DNA of 64,000 bases from the NCBI GenBank assembly GCA_020439505.1, contig JAGQSO010000036.1, positions 13,393 to 77,392 on the forward strand, given 5' to 3'. The notes below the pieces were generated by a model that did not search any database, was not told the DNA's origin, and saw only the letters and a program-made list of their open reading frames with translations. Position 1 is the stretch's first letter, and every line of letters begins with the position of its first letter. This document shows positions 11,717-21,326 of the stretch, in pieces. The translations under genes were made by a program, and so were the position numbers. Source of the stretch: Acidimicrobiales bacterium (GTDB lineage Bacteria > Actinomycetota > Acidimicrobiia > Acidimicrobiales > Iamiaceae).

Positions 11717-12571
11717 GTGCCGGACCCGACACCCGATGTGGTCACCGACCCCAACGATCCGAGGCTCAACGATTTCACCGCGCTGAACGACCCGGCGACA
11801 CGACGGCGGGTCGAACGAGCAGGTGACTACTTCGTGGTGGAGGGACGCCTCGCCATCGAACGACTGGTCCAACTCCCCCGGTGGTCCATCCGTCGGCTCG
11901 TGCTGTTGCCTCGCACCTATCGACAGCTCGAGGCGTCGTTGCCAACCGGGACCGAGGTCCTGATCACCGAGGAGGGCGTGCTGAGGTCGGTGGTCGGATT
12001 CGATCTGCACCGCGGGGCCCTGGCTTCGGTCGACCGGAAACCCAAGGTGCCGTTGAGCTCGGCTGATCTGGATGACGTCGACCTCCTGGTGGTGGTCGAG
12101 GGGGTGAACGACCACGAGAACCTGGGGGCGATCTACCGCAACGCGGCGGCCTTCGGAGCCGACGCCGTCATCTTGGATCCGGGCTGCGCCGACCCCTTCT
12201 ACCGCCGTTCAGTCCGGGTGTCGCTCGGGCACGTGATGGCAGTACCGACCATCCACGCCGCCTCCCTCCCCGGGGATCTGGCGGTCCTGCACGACCATGG
12301 GATCGCCACGGTGGCGCTGACCCCATCGGCGCCCCAGCGGCTCCACGAGGTCGATCCGGCCGCCCTTCCGGCCAGGGCGGGCGGATCCATCGATTCGTCC
12401 CAGCGCCCCCGGGTAGCGATCGTGGTCGGAGCCGAGGGTCCAGGGCTCACCGCCCCGACCATCACCGCTTGCACTGCCCGCGCCGCGATCGAGATGGCGG
12501 CTGGCGTCGATTCCCTCAACGTCGCCACCGCCCTAGCCATCGCGTTGCACCAGCTCCAGATCGGCCGGTGA
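11717..12571 (+). CDS. TrmH/SpoU RNA methyltransferase
   Basis: DHENLGAIYRNAAAFG, RRSVRVS, GAEGPGL, DSLNVATA; start approximate. Confidence 0.88.
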   Translation: MPDPTPDVVTDPNDPRLNDFTALNDPATRRRVERAGDYFVVEGRLAIERLVQLPRWSIRRLVLLPRTYRQLEASLPTGTEVLITEEGVLRSVVGFDLHRGALASVDRKPKVPLSSADLDDVDLLVVVEGVNDHENLGAIYRNAAAFGADAVILDPGCADPFYRRSVRVSLGHVMAVPTIHAASLPGDLAVLHDHGIATVALTPSAPQRLHEVDPAALPARAGGSIDSSQRPRVAIVVGAEGPGLTAPTITACTARAAIEMAAGVDSLNVATALAIALHQLQIGR

Positions 12572-12579
12572 CGTGGGGA

Positions 12580-13014
12580 TCAGAAGCTGACCGACTCGCC
12601 AACCTGGGTGAAGCTGCCGGAGGTCGTGGTTCCCAGGAACACCCCAGCCATGAGCAACACGATGATGAGGACGATGCTGAGGATGATCAGCACCGAGGAG
12701 ATGATCCCGCAGATCCTGCCCGCCTGGACCTGGCCGCGGTTGGCGTAGACGACGCCACTGGCGTCGATCTCCTTGAGAGCCTTGTTGCCCATCGACCACG
12801 CGAAGGGGCCCAGGATCCCGCACACCACCAAGCTGAGGATGCCGAGGACAAGGATTGTGGTCCCCTGGGGGTGCTGCATCTGTTGGGTGTAGCCGCCGTA
12901 GCCGGGAGGCGGATAGCCACCGGGGCCGGCAGGCGGATACCCACCGGGGCCGGGCGGCTGGGCACCGGGCTGCCATCCGCCCGAGGCGGGGGGTTGCTCA
13001 GGGGTCCAGCTCAT
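12580..13014 (-). CDS. DUF4190-like membrane protein
   Basis: Pro/Gly/Tyr-rich N-terminus, LVLGILSL...AGRICGI with two TM helices. Confidence 0.8.
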   Translation of the reverse strand: MSWTPEQPPASGGWQPGAQPPGPGGYPPAGPGGYPPPGYGGYTQQMQHPQGTTILVLGILSLVVCGILGPFAWSMGNKALKEIDASGVVYANRGQVQAGRICGIISSVLIILSIVLIIVLLMAGVFLGTTTSGSFTQVGESVSF

Positions 13015-13125
13015 GGGTCTTCTCCCTCACCGGTCTCCGGTTCGATCCGACCGACGTCGCCGCACGGCTACCGCGGTCACCTGCGGGCCAAAGGGTAGTA
13101 CCACCCCACAACCCGCCCGCGGACC

Positions 13126-14277
13126 TCAACCCAGGCGTTCGATGATGGTGACGTTGGCCTGGCCGCCGCCCTCGCACATGGTCTGGAGGCCATAGCGGCC
13201 ACCAGTCTGTTCGAGGTGGTTGAGCAGGGTGGTCATGAGGCGGGCTCCGGTGGCGCCGAGCGGGTGACCCAGCGCGATGGCCCCGCCATTGGGGTTCACC
13301 GTCGCCATGTCGGGCTCGAGCTCCTTGGCCCAGGCCAGAACCACCGAAGCGAAGGCCTCGTTGATCTCCACCGCGTCGATGTCGGCCATGGTCATGCCAC
13401 TGCGCTCCAGGGCGTAGCGGGTGGCGGGGATGGGGGCGGTCAACATGTAGATCGGGTCGTCACCCCGCACGCTCATGTGGTGAATCCGCGCCCTCGGGGT
13501 CAGTCCGTGGTCCTTCACCGCCTGCTCGGATGCGATCAGCAGCGATGCCGAGGCGTCGCTGATCTGGCTGGCCACCGCCGCGGTCACCCGTCCCCCCTCT
13601 ACCAGGGTCGGCAGGCTGCGGATCTTCTCCCAGTTGGGCTCCCGGGGACCTTCGTCCTGGGTGAGTCCGTTGAGGGGGGCGATCTCGGCCTCGAAGCGGC
13701 CCTCGGCGCGGGCCGCGATGGCCCGCTCGTGGGACTGCACCGCGAACTGTTCCATGTCGTCACGGGACAGGTCCCACTTCTCGGCGATCATCTCGGCCCC
13801 GCGGAACTGGCTGACCTCACCGGGGCCGTAGCGCTCGACCCATCCCGGCGACGTGCTGAACGGATCGGGGAAGCCCAGGTCGGCGGCCAGGGTCATGGCC
13901 GAACTGATCGGGATCTGCGACATCTGCTGGACGCCGCCGGCCACCACCAGGTCGTTGACGCCGGCCATCACCGCCTGGGCGGCGAAGTGGATCGCCTGCT
14001 GGGCCGAGCCGCACTGACGGTCAACCGTGGTTCCCGGGACGTGCTCGGGTCCACCGGCCACCAGCCAACACGTGCGGGCGATGTCACCGGCCTGACCACC
14101 CACGGAGTCCACGTTGCCGAAGATCACGTCCTCGACCGCGCCGGGGTCGATGCCGGTGCGCTCCAGCAGCGCCGTGATCGAAGCCGCTCCGAGATCGGCG
14201 GGATGGATGGTGCTCAGCGAACCTCCCCGGCGACCAACCGGGGTCCGTACTGCGTCGACGATGTAGGCCTCGGCCAT
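13126..14277 (-). CDS. fadA6: Acetyl-CoA acetyltransferase, FadA6-like
   Basis: VDRQCGS, NEAFA, GAIALGHPLGATG, MCEGGG; lies among ipd genes. Confidence 0.85.
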   Translation of the reverse strand: MAEAYIVDAVRTPVGRRGGSLSTIHPADLGAASITALLERTGIDPGAVEDVIFGNVDSVGGQAGDIARTCWLVAGGPEHVPGTTVDRQCGSAQQAIHFAAQAVMAGVNDLVVAGGVQQMSQIPISSAMTLAADLGFPDPFSTSPGWVERYGPGEVSQFRGAEMIAEKWDLSRDDMEQFAVQSHERAIAARAEGRFEAEIAPLNGLTQDEGPREPNWEKIRSLPTLVEGGRVTAAVASQISDASASLLIASEQAVKDHGLTPRARIHHMSVRGDDPIYMLTAPIPATRYALERSGMTMADIDAVEINEAFASVVLAWAKELEPDMATVNPNGGAIALGHPLGATGARLMTTLLNHLEQTGGRYGLQTMCEGGGQANVTIIERLG

Positions 14278-14311
14278 GGCTGGCTCCTCGGGTCGGGGTG
14301 GAAGGGAAAAC

Positions 14312-14326
14312 CTAACGCCCCGTCAG
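14312..14326. promoter_or_regulatory. Operator (1 mismatch)
   Basis: CTAACGcccCGTCAG about 35 nt upstream of fadA6. Confidence 0.75.
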
Positions 14327-14348
14327 ATCCGACGGCCAAGCGCCACCC

Positions 14349-14582
14349 TCAGTACATGATGTAGCCCTCGCCCGCATCGGGGTTCTTGGGCAACTCGGTC
14401 CCGAGCAGCTTGGCCAGGATCTTCATGGCCCGAGGCTCGCTGACCGTGCATTCGGTGCCGTCTTGAAGGGTGAGGATCGCCCACGGCGGCGTGGGTTCCT
14501 GGTTCACGTCGCAACGCATGATGCTCTCGGGATTGATCCAGCTCTTCTCACCGGCATGCGTCGGATCGACCTGCACCCACAT
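14349..14582 (-). CDS. Small hypothetical protein (77 aa)
   Basis: GGAGG RBS before ATG; GC-biased codons; protein-like composition. Confidence 0.7.
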   Translation of the reverse strand: MWVQVDPTHAGEKSWINPESIMRCDVNQEPTPPWAILTLQDGTECTVSEPRAMKILAKLLGTELPKNPDAGEGYIMY

Positions 14583-14673
14583 CTGTCTGCCTCCAGGGCC
14601 CCTGAACCGGGCCCGGTCCTCCCGGAGCCCATTTCATCGCTATGCGTCTACCTGCCGAGGGTATCGGACCCGC

Positions 14674-15753
14674 TCAGATGCCGAGCGCCACCGCCACCCG
14701 ACGTCGATGCCAGGCCGCGTCGCCCCAGGCCCTCGACAGCGCCTCGGCCCGCTTCAGGTACAGGTGGAGGTCGTACTCGACCGTGTAGCCGATCGCCCCG
14801 TGGCACTGGAGGGTCTGACGCACCGCCAGGCGGGCGGCGTCGGAGGCCAGAGCCTTGGCCATCGACACGTCACGACCAGCGGTGGGCGCGCCGGTGGCCA
14901 TGGACCAGGCGGCCCCATACACAGCGGGGGCGGCGAAGCGCAGTTGCATGGCCACCTCCGCGAGGTGGTGCTTGACCGCCTGCTGGGCGCCGACCGGGGT
15001 GCCGAACTGGCGACGCTCGGCCACGTACTCGACGGTGAGGTCGAGCATGCGCCGCCCCAACCCGACCAGCTGGGCCGCGACCCCCAGGGCACCACGGTCG
15101 AAGGCCCGCTCGGCATCGCCGGCTGAACCGAGGCCGTCACCGGCCTCCCATGCGCCCAGCGCCACCATGTGGCGACCAGCGTCCATGGCGTCGGCAAGGT
15201 GCCGGCGGTGCTCGGAATCGTCGCCCATGGCCACACCGCCGGTGATCCGCCGGGCTACCCACTCCTCACCCGCGGCAGGGTGGTGCTCGAGATCCACCAG
15301 GTAGGTGACGTCGTCACCCCACGCGACCAGGGAGCTCGTGAGCGGGACCACACCGGCGCGACGTCGCCCGTCGACCAGCTCGTCGAGGACCCCATGGGGG
15401 TCTCCCACCGCGCTGAGCAGAGGTGCGACGACGCACGCCGTCTCGACGAAGGGGTGCGGTAGAGCGGCGTACCCGGTCTCCTCGGCCAACAGAACCCAGT
15501 CCAACTCAGCCAGACCGAGACCGCCGCGGTCCTCGTCGACCGCGATGCCCAAGACCCCCATGTCGGCCAGATCCGACCACACCTTGGCCACCCGGGCGGT
15601 GTCGGCGCGGGCCCCCTCACCCTTGCGGGCCCCGTGGTCGTCGGTGCCGTCGGGCCAGGCGGCGCGGACCACCTCCGGTGGGCACTCGTTGGCCAGCAGA
15701 TCGCGCACGGCATCGCGGAACGCGATCTGGTTGTCGGTGAATGCGAAACGCAC
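14674..15753 (-). CDS. Acyl-CoA dehydrogenase, FadE32-like subunit
   Basis: RRQFGTPVG, QAVKHHLA, LQCHGAIGYTVEYDLHL; follows fadE31-like gene. Confidence 0.85.
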   Translation of the reverse strand: MRFAFTDNQIAFRDAVRDLLANECPPEVVRAAWPDGTDDHGARKGEGARADTARVAKVWSDLADMGVLGIAVDEDRGGLGLAELDWVLLAEETGYAALPHPFVETACVVAPLLSAVGDPHGVLDELVDGRRRAGVVPLTSSLVAWGDDVTYLVDLEHHPAAGEEWVARRITGGVAMGDDSEHRRHLADAMDAGRHMVALGAWEAGDGLGSAGDAERAFDRGALGVAAQLVGLGRRMLDLTVEYVAERRQFGTPVGAQQAVKHHLAEVAMQLRFAAPAVYGAAWSMATGAPTAGRDVSMAKALASDAARLAVRQTLQCHGAIGYTVEYDLHLYLKRAEALSRAWGDAAWHRRRVAVALGI

Positions 15754-15762
15754 GGTCCTTCC

Positions 15763-16950
15763 CTACTTCCTGGGCAGGCCGAGGACACGCTCGGCGGCGA
15801 TGTTGCGTTGGATCTCGTTGGTACCGGCGTAGATCGGTCCCGACAGCGCGAACTGCCACCCCTTGGACCAGGCGTTGTCGAGTTCGGCCTCGGGTCCGAG
15901 GATGTCCATGGCGGTCTCGTGCAGTTCCACATCGAGCTCGGACCACCACAGCTTCACGAAGCTGGAGGCGGCGCCGGCGGATCGGCCCTCGGCGTCATCG
16001 GTCACGGTCTGTAGGGTCTGGAGCCGGTAGGCCTCGGCCTTCATCCACGCCTGGGTCACCCGGTCGCGCAATCCGGGGTCGAGGCGATCGCCCCCGGTGC
16101 CGCCCGAACGGTCCCGGTACAGGGCGACCAGACGGTCGGCGGTGGCGCAGAACCGTCCGGGTGAACGCAGGGTGAGCCCTCGCTCGGAAGAGGTGGTGGC
16201 CATGGCCACCGACCAACCCTCCCCCACCCCGCCGAGCACGACACCGCCGGGTAGGGCGTCATCGGGGAGGAAGGCATCCTCGAAGAACACCTCGGCGAAA
16301 CCCTCGTCTCCGTCCAACCGACCGAAGCCCCGCACGGTCACGCCGTCGAGATCCAACGGGACCAGCAGGTAGGTGAGGCCCTTGTGGCGTTCGCTGGCGG
16401 GGTCGGTGCGGAACAGCCCGAACAGGTGGGTGCAGAAAGCTCCCCGGGTGGTCCAGGTCTTCTGACCGTTGAGGACCCAGCCTCCCCGCTCGTCGTCGCG
16501 GAGGGCTCGGCTGCTCAACGACGCCAGGTCCGAGCCGGCGTTGGGTTCGCTCCAGCCCTGGCACCAGAGGTCGTCACCGGCGGCCATGCGGGGAAGGATG
16601 TGAGCCTGCTGTTCGGGGGTACCGAACTCGAACACCGTCGGGGCCAACAGGAAGATCCCGTTCTGGGTGACCCGCTGAGGCCCGCCGGCGCGGTAGTACT
16701 CCTCCTCGAAGATGAGCCACTCCCACCGGCTGGCTCCCCGTCCCCCAACCTCGGTCGGCCATGACACCGCGGCGTAACCGGCCTCGAACAGGGTGCGCTC
16801 CCAGTCCAGGTGCTGGGCGAAACCCTCGGTGGTATCTCCCGAGAGGATCCGGTCGTCGTGGCGGCTACGCCAAGAGGCCAACTCGGTCTCCAGCCAGGTC
16901 CGCACCTCGGCACGGAACCGCTCTTCGTCGGCGTTCCAGGTCAGGTCCAT
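15763..16950 (-). CDS. fadE31: Acyl-CoA dehydrogenase, FadE31-like
   Basis: IFEEEYYRAGGPQRVTQNGIFLLAPT, WSEPNAGSDLA, PIYAGTNEIQRNI. Confidence 0.8.
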   Translation of the reverse strand: MDLTWNADEERFRAEVRTWLETELASWRSRHDDRILSGDTTEGFAQHLDWERTLFEAGYAAVSWPTEVGGRGASRWEWLIFEEEYYRAGGPQRVTQNGIFLLAPTVFEFGTPEQQAHILPRMAAGDDLWCQGWSEPNAGSDLASLSSRALRDDERGGWVLNGQKTWTTRGAFCTHLFGLFRTDPASERHKGLTYLLVPLDLDGVTVRGFGRLDGDEGFAEVFFEDAFLPDDALPGGVVLGGVGEGWSVAMATTSSERGLTLRSPGRFCATADRLVALYRDRSGGTGGDRLDPGLRDRVTQAWMKAEAYRLQTLQTVTDDAEGRSAGAASSFVKLWWSELDVELHETAMDILGPEAELDNAWSKGWQFALSGPIYAGTNEIQRNIAAERVLGLPRK

Positions 16951-17015
16951 CAGGCTCCTAGCGGAAAATTCCAGTCGTCGTCACTTCGTGGGTACTTACG
17001 GGTCGGCTCACCCAT
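16950..17015 (-). CDS. Candidate 21-aa leader micro-ORF MGEPTRKYPRSDDDWNFPLGA
   Basis: GGAGG 8 nt before ATG; stop overlaps the fadE31 start (TGATG). Confidence 0.45.
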   Translation of the reverse strand: MGEPTRKYPRSDDDWNFPLGA

Positions 17016-17070
17016 CTGCTCGCCTCCAAAGGCTCCTAGCGGAAAATTCCAGTCGTCGTCGCTTCGAGGG
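16952..17070. repeat. 41-bp direct repeat x2, 78-bp period
   Basis: AGGCTCCTAGCGGAAAATTCCAGTCGTCGTCRCTTCGWGGG at 16952-16992 and 17030-17070, 2 mismatches, 37-bp spacer. Confidence 0.92.
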
Positions 17071-17090
17071 CAATGAGGGGCCGAGCGTAT

Positions 17091-17105
17091 CTGACGCTCC
17101 GTCAG
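17091..17105. promoter_or_regulatory. Operator (perfect)
   Basis: tatCTGACGctcCGTCAGata; abuts a -10-like TACGCT on the minus strand upstream of fadE31. Confidence 0.88.
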
Positions 17106-17153
17106 ATACCAGAAACACCGGGACCGTCCCTGGACGACCGCGCGACCGGGTTG

Positions 17154-18248
17154 TCAGGACGGGCCAGCCAGCCGAGCGAGGGTTTCACGGGCTTCGGACT
17201 CGATGCGCTCGAGCAACTCGGCCACCGTGGGCAGGTCGTCGATGACGCCGGTCACCTGACCGGTGGGCAGGACGCCGACCGAAGGGTCCCCGTCCACCAA
17301 CGCCGTCTTGATGAGCATGGGCGCATTGGCGGCCATGGCGAGCTGAGCCCAGGTCAGGTCCTGGCTCTTGCGCATGGCCAGGCCCTCGCGAACCAGGTCC
17401 TTCAGCGACGTTCCCGTCTGGCGGCGGAACTCGTTGGCCCGCAACGCCGCCCGCGGCACCCTGGTCAACAACGACGCCTTCTCCAGGCCGTCGATCAGCT
17501 CGGTTCGGATCACCCGTTGAGGTGCTCCGTCGAGCGCCGTGGTCACCACGGTGTCGAACACCGAAGCCGACCGGTAGTGGCCCTTGATGGTCTCGGGCAC
17601 CCGACTCTCGGCCGTGAGCAAAAAGCGGGTACCCATGGCGATGCCGTCGGCTCCATAGGCGAGGGCGGCCACCAGGCCGGCGCCTGAGTGGAAACCCCCG
17701 GCACCGATTACCGGGATCTGGGTACCGACCGCCTCGACGACCTGGGGTAGCAGCAACGAGGTCGGGACCTCTCCGGTATGGCCTCCGCCCTCCCCACCCT
17801 GGGCGATGACGGCGTCGACCCCCCACTCGACCATCTTCTCGGCGTGGCGGCGGGCACCGACCGTCGGGATGACCAGTGCGCCGGCGTCATGAATTCGACC
17901 GATGGCATCTTTGGTCGGGGCCCCGGCGAAGGAGAAGACCTTCACACCCTGGCCGGTCGCCCACGTGATCCGTTCGGTGAGATCGGGCTGACCGGCCCGG
18001 AGGTTCACGCCGAAGGAACGGTCGGTGACGTCCTTGACCCGGTTGATGGCGTCGCGGAACTGATCGCCGGTCATCGTGATCGACGCCAGGATCCCCAAAC
18101 CTCCCGCCGCCGCGGTGGCCGCGGTCAGGTGGGCACCCGACACCCAGCCCATCCCGGTCTGGACCACCGGCAGGCGACACCCCACCAGGTCACAGAACCG
18201 GGTGTGCAGCGGATCGGCAGGACGAGTTTCTGATGGACCGTCAGACAT
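17154..18248 (-). CDS. ipdC: IpdC-like (nitronate monooxygenase family) enoyl-CoA reductase
   Basis: VQTGMGWVS, QGGEGGGHTG, MGTRFLLT, MAANAPML, GVLPTGQV. Confidence 0.85.
   Translation of the reverse strand: MSDGPSETRPADPLHTRFCDLVGCRLPVVQTGMGWVSGAHLTAATAAAGGLGILASITMTGDQFRDAINRVKDVTDRSFGVNLRAGQPDLTERITWATGQGVKVFSFAGAPTKDAIGRIHDAGALVIPTVGARRHAEKMVEWGVDAVIAQGGEGGGHTGEVPTSLLLPQVVEAVGTQIPVIGAGGFHSGAGLVAALAYGADGIAMGTRFLLTAESRVPETIKGHYRSASVFDTVVTTALDGAPQRVIRTELIDGLEKASLLTRVPRAALRANEFRRQTGTSLKDLVREGLAMRKSQDLTWAQLAMAANAPMLIKTALVDGDPSVGVLPTGQVTGVIDDLPTVAELLERIESEARETLARLAGPS
18230..18244. promoter_or_regulatory. Operator inside first codons of ipdC
   Basis: CTGATGgacCGTCAG; -10-like TAGTCT lies 6 nt before the ATG (leaderless geometry). 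Confidence 0.78.
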
Positions 18249-18356
18249 ACCCGCAGACTAGAAGCGATCCTCCACAGCCCACGAAGCCGATGTCGCCGCC
18301 CTGGGAGCCAGTCAAGAGACTCGGCGACAGACCCGAGCCTTTGAACAGGTCTGAAC

Positions 18357-18830
18357 CTAGAAGTGGAGGCCGAAGAGCAGGTCGTTGCCGGGGCTTCGGC
18401 TGGCTCCGAAGTCGCTGTAGAGCTTGACCGCCTCGCGGTTGGATTCCGAGGTGATCACGAACCCGCGGTCGATGCCCATCCGGCGGGCTTCGCCGGCAAT
18501 GCCTTCGAGAAGCAGCGGCCCGACCCCTTCCTTGCGGTGGTCGATGTCGACACCGATCTCATATATGCACATGTGCTCGAGCTTGGTGTGGCGTCGGTAG
18601 AGGATGCAGCCGTAGACGAATCCGGCGATGTGGTTGGTGGCCATGTCGATCGCCACCACGCACACCGTGCGGGGGTCGTTCACGAACTTGGAGGCCTCCT
18701 CGCTCCCCAACGGGGGCAGCCAGTCCTGTTCGCTTCCGTCGCCGAAGCGGGCGTTGCCCCGCGCCAGCGTGCCCAGGACCCATTCGTCGCCGGAACGGAG
18801 GCGGTGCATTCGATAGCGATCACTAACCAC
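18357..18830 (-). CDS. GNAT acetyltransferase
   Basis: IYEIGVDIDHRKEGVG, NREAVKLY. Confidence 0.8.
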   Translation of the reverse strand: MVSDRYRMHRLRSGDEWVLGTLARGNARFGDGSEQDWLPPLGSEEASKFVNDPRTVCVVAIDMATNHIAGFVYGCILYRRHTKLEHMCIYEIGVDIDHRKEGVGPLLLEGIAGEARRMGIDRGFVITSESNREAVKLYSDFGASRSPGNDLLFGLHF

Positions 18831-18927
18831 GCCGGGGAGCGTAGGTCAGCGAAAGCGTCGTCGCTGGACATGGTGCCGGGGACGCTCCACTGATCCCCGG
18901 CGGGCGGCGTCGGGTTACCGTCCTCGG

Positions 18928-19590
18928 GTGGACGACGAGATGATTCCCGAACCCCGGTGGGGGTGGCTCGCCGTCACCGCCTTGGCCGGGCTGTTCACGG
19001 TGGTCTCGCTGGTCGGCGGCTTTGTCACGTTGTCCATCACGGTTCGCGACGGCGTCGGTTCACCGGTGTCGGTTCTGGTGAGCGCGGCGGCCACCACCCT
19101 CTTTTGGGGCTGGATGACCGGCGGGGCGTGGCGGAGGGCGCGCGAACCCGAGCCGGACCCCATGGAACCCGCACCGGTGGCCCGCCGGGCGGCGTTCGCG
19201 GTGGCCAACGTCATCCTCGCTGTGTTGGTGACGGCGTTCGTCGCCGTCGGTCAGTGGGCCGACATCACCGAGGCCCGGGAGCGGGCCCGAACCGAGGTGG
19301 TGAGAACCCGGGTGGAGGCGGCCGCCCGCGACGCCGACCTCGACGCCAACGACGTCGAGACGCTGCACGATGCCTGGTTGACGTGGCTGGGCAAGAGGAG
19401 CGATGGAGCCTCGGCCGGGGCCGATCCGACCAGGGCGGTTTTCCCCGACGTCGGCGCCGAGGTGATCGATTTCGCCACGAGCGACGGGCAGGCGGCGATC
19501 CTGTTTCGACCCACCGATGGCTCGCCGTGCGTGGCCCTCGACATCGACGAGCTGGGAATCATCTCCAGCCGACGGGTCAGTCGCTGCTGA
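18928..19590 (+). CDS. Hypothetical membrane protein
   Basis: Three TM segments then a soluble domain. Confidence 0.7.
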   Translation: MDDEMIPEPRWGWLAVTALAGLFTVVSLVGGFVTLSITVRDGVGSPVSVLVSAAATTLFWGWMTGGAWRRAREPEPDPMEPAPVARRAAFAVANVILAVLVTAFVAVGQWADITEARERARTEVVRTRVEAAARDADLDANDVETLHDAWLTWLGKRSDGASAGADPTRAVFPDVGAEVIDFATSDGQAAILFRPTDGSPCVALDIDELGIISSRRVSRC

Positions 19591-19608
19591 GCGATCCACC
19601 CAGCGCGG

Positions 19609-20391
19609 TCACTCCGGGTCAGGGACCTCGCGGAGGCGGGTGCCGGCGGGGTCGATCACTTCGTCCAGCAACCGGAGCTCCTCGGGGGTAGGCAGGCGGC
19701 TGGTCGGGACATCATCGGGGATGACCAACTCGAAGCCGGTGGCCGCCACGACGTCCTCGACGGTGACCCCGGGGTGCAGCGACCGCAGCCGCATCGTCCT
19801 ATCTGGGGTCTCGAAGTCGAACACCGCGAGGTTGGACACCACCCGACGGATCTCGTGGAAGCGGGCGCCATCCTCTCCCAACGCCGCGGCACGGTCGTAG
19901 CCCACACCGGTGACCACGTCCACGTTCTCCACGAACACCTTGGGGCCCTGGGCGGGAACCCAGTAGGACGTGACGTCGTTGATGGTGTTGCCCGGCGCAC
20001 CCCGGAAACCCAGGAGCTGGGTACGGGGACGGGTCGGGGTACCCCCCAGGCCCGCGATGTTCTGGTTTCCGTGCCGGTCGACCTGCGTGGCACCCATCAT
20101 CACGTGGCGTCGTCCGCTCCACACCACGTCGAACATCCGCCGGTAGGGGTTCCAGGTCTCGTAAACCCTCGCCGCCCGATCCGGAACTGCCTCGTCGTTG
20201 GCGATGAGGGCAGCCTCACCGTCGGTCATCATCAGGTCGGGCTCCCAGGTCGCCCGGGCCAGTCGGCCACCGATCATCGGGATGGTGCCGATGGGGTTGG
20301 CGAGGATCTCGCCGTCTCCCCGGAAGCAGTCGGCGACCGCGACCGCACAGACGTCGGCGCGGTGCACCAGCGATGAAAGGTCAGTGCTCAC
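19609..20391 (-). CDS. ipdB: IpdB, CoA-transferase-like beta subunit
   Basis: RADVCAVAVADCFRGDGEI, TDGEA, GRRHVMMG, RGAPGNT; GTGA overlap with ipdA. Confidence 0.9.
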   Translation of the reverse strand: MSTDLSSLVHRADVCAVAVADCFRGDGEILANPIGTIPMIGGRLARATWEPDLMMTDGEAALIANDEAVPDRAARVYETWNPYRRMFDVVWSGRRHVMMGATQVDRHGNQNIAGLGGTPTRPRTQLLGFRGAPGNTINDVTSYWVPAQGPKVFVENVDVVTGVGYDRAAALGEDGARFHEIRRVVSNLAVFDFETPDRTMRLRSLHPGVTVEDVVAATGFELVIPDDVPTSRLPTPEELRLLDEVIDPAGTRLREVPDPE

Positions 20392-21326
20392 GATCGGGTC
20401 TCCTCGCCGGCTCGGGCTGACAGGGCGGCTTGGTAGGCGGCTTCGTCGGGGAACGACAGCCATTGCGAGCGGAACTCCTCCCAGAGGGCGTCGTCCTTGG
20501 CCGTGGCGAGGTACGTCTTCTGGAAGGCCTCGTCACGGGGACGGTCGGGATCACACGAGGTCGGATGGGCGCCGTTGGGGGCCTCGACCACGCCGTCCAC
20601 GAACATCCGGCTCACTCGCAGCCGTGTGATGTCACCGGCCTCCGCCACGAGGTCCTCGGTGGGAACCACCCGCTCCACCGAGATGAAACGTCCTCCGTCG
20701 GCCGTCGCCTCCAGCATCAGGTCGTCGAAGTAGAGGTCTGGCCCGGTGAAAGCGGCGTTGCCGCGGCTGTCGCCCACGTTGAGGTGACAGATCGCGGCGT
20801 CTAGGTGGATGGCGGGTTGGGCGATCAGTTCTTCGCCTTCGCCTCCACCCGGTCCCGGATAGGGCGACCTCACGGTCTTCAGGCCCGGGTTGACGAGGCC
20901 GAGATCCGATCCGAGGCCAACCCGGGTCGGAAGGAACGGAACCCGCCAGGCGGCCGCCTGGAGCCCCAGCAACAGCATCCCCTCGTCGAGTTCGGTGCAC
21001 TCGATGGCCCCCGACTGGCGGGCGGCCCGGAAGTGTGGTTCGAGGACCGCGGCGGGTCCGACGTCGGGGGCTACGAAGGCGAAGGTCAGGTGGGACACCT
21101 TGCCCGCGGCGCAGAGCATGCCGACCTCGGGGCCACCGAAGGTGACCAGATGAAGGTTGTCGATGTCGCTGCGCAAGATGGCCCGCACCAGCGACATCGG
21201 CTTGCGTCGGCTGCCCCACCCTCCGATCCCGATGGTCATACCCGACCGGAGCCGGGCGACCACCTGGTCTTCGTCGAGGCGCTTGTCGCGTGGCGATGGG
21301 AAGTTCTCGTCGGTCATGTCGCTCAC
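20388..21326 (-). CDS. ipdA: IpdA, CoA-transferase-like alpha subunit
   Basis: GMTIGIGGWGSRRKPMSLVRAILRS, ELDEGM, PFLPTRVGLGSD. Confidence 0.92.
   Translation of the reverse strand: MSDMTDENFPSPRDKRLDEDQVVARLRSGMTIGIGGWGSRRKPMSLVRAILRSDIDNLHLVTFGGPEVGMLCAAGKVSHLTFAFVAPDVGPAAVLEPHFRAARQSGAIECTELDEGMLLLGLQAAAWRVPFLPTRVGLGSDLGLVNPGLKTVRSPYPGPGGGEGEELIAQPAIHLDAAICHLNVGDSRGNAAFTGPDLYFDDLMLEATADGGRFISVERVVPTEDLVAEAGDITRLRVSRMFVDGVVEAPNGAHPTSCDPDRPRDEAFQKTYLATAKDDALWEEFRSQWLSFPDEAAYQAALSARAGEETRS

Noticed and set aside
16952-17070. CRISPR mini-array (repeat-spacer-repeat)
   Set aside because: Only two repeats, no cas genes, and the repeat carries the RBS of the downstream gene
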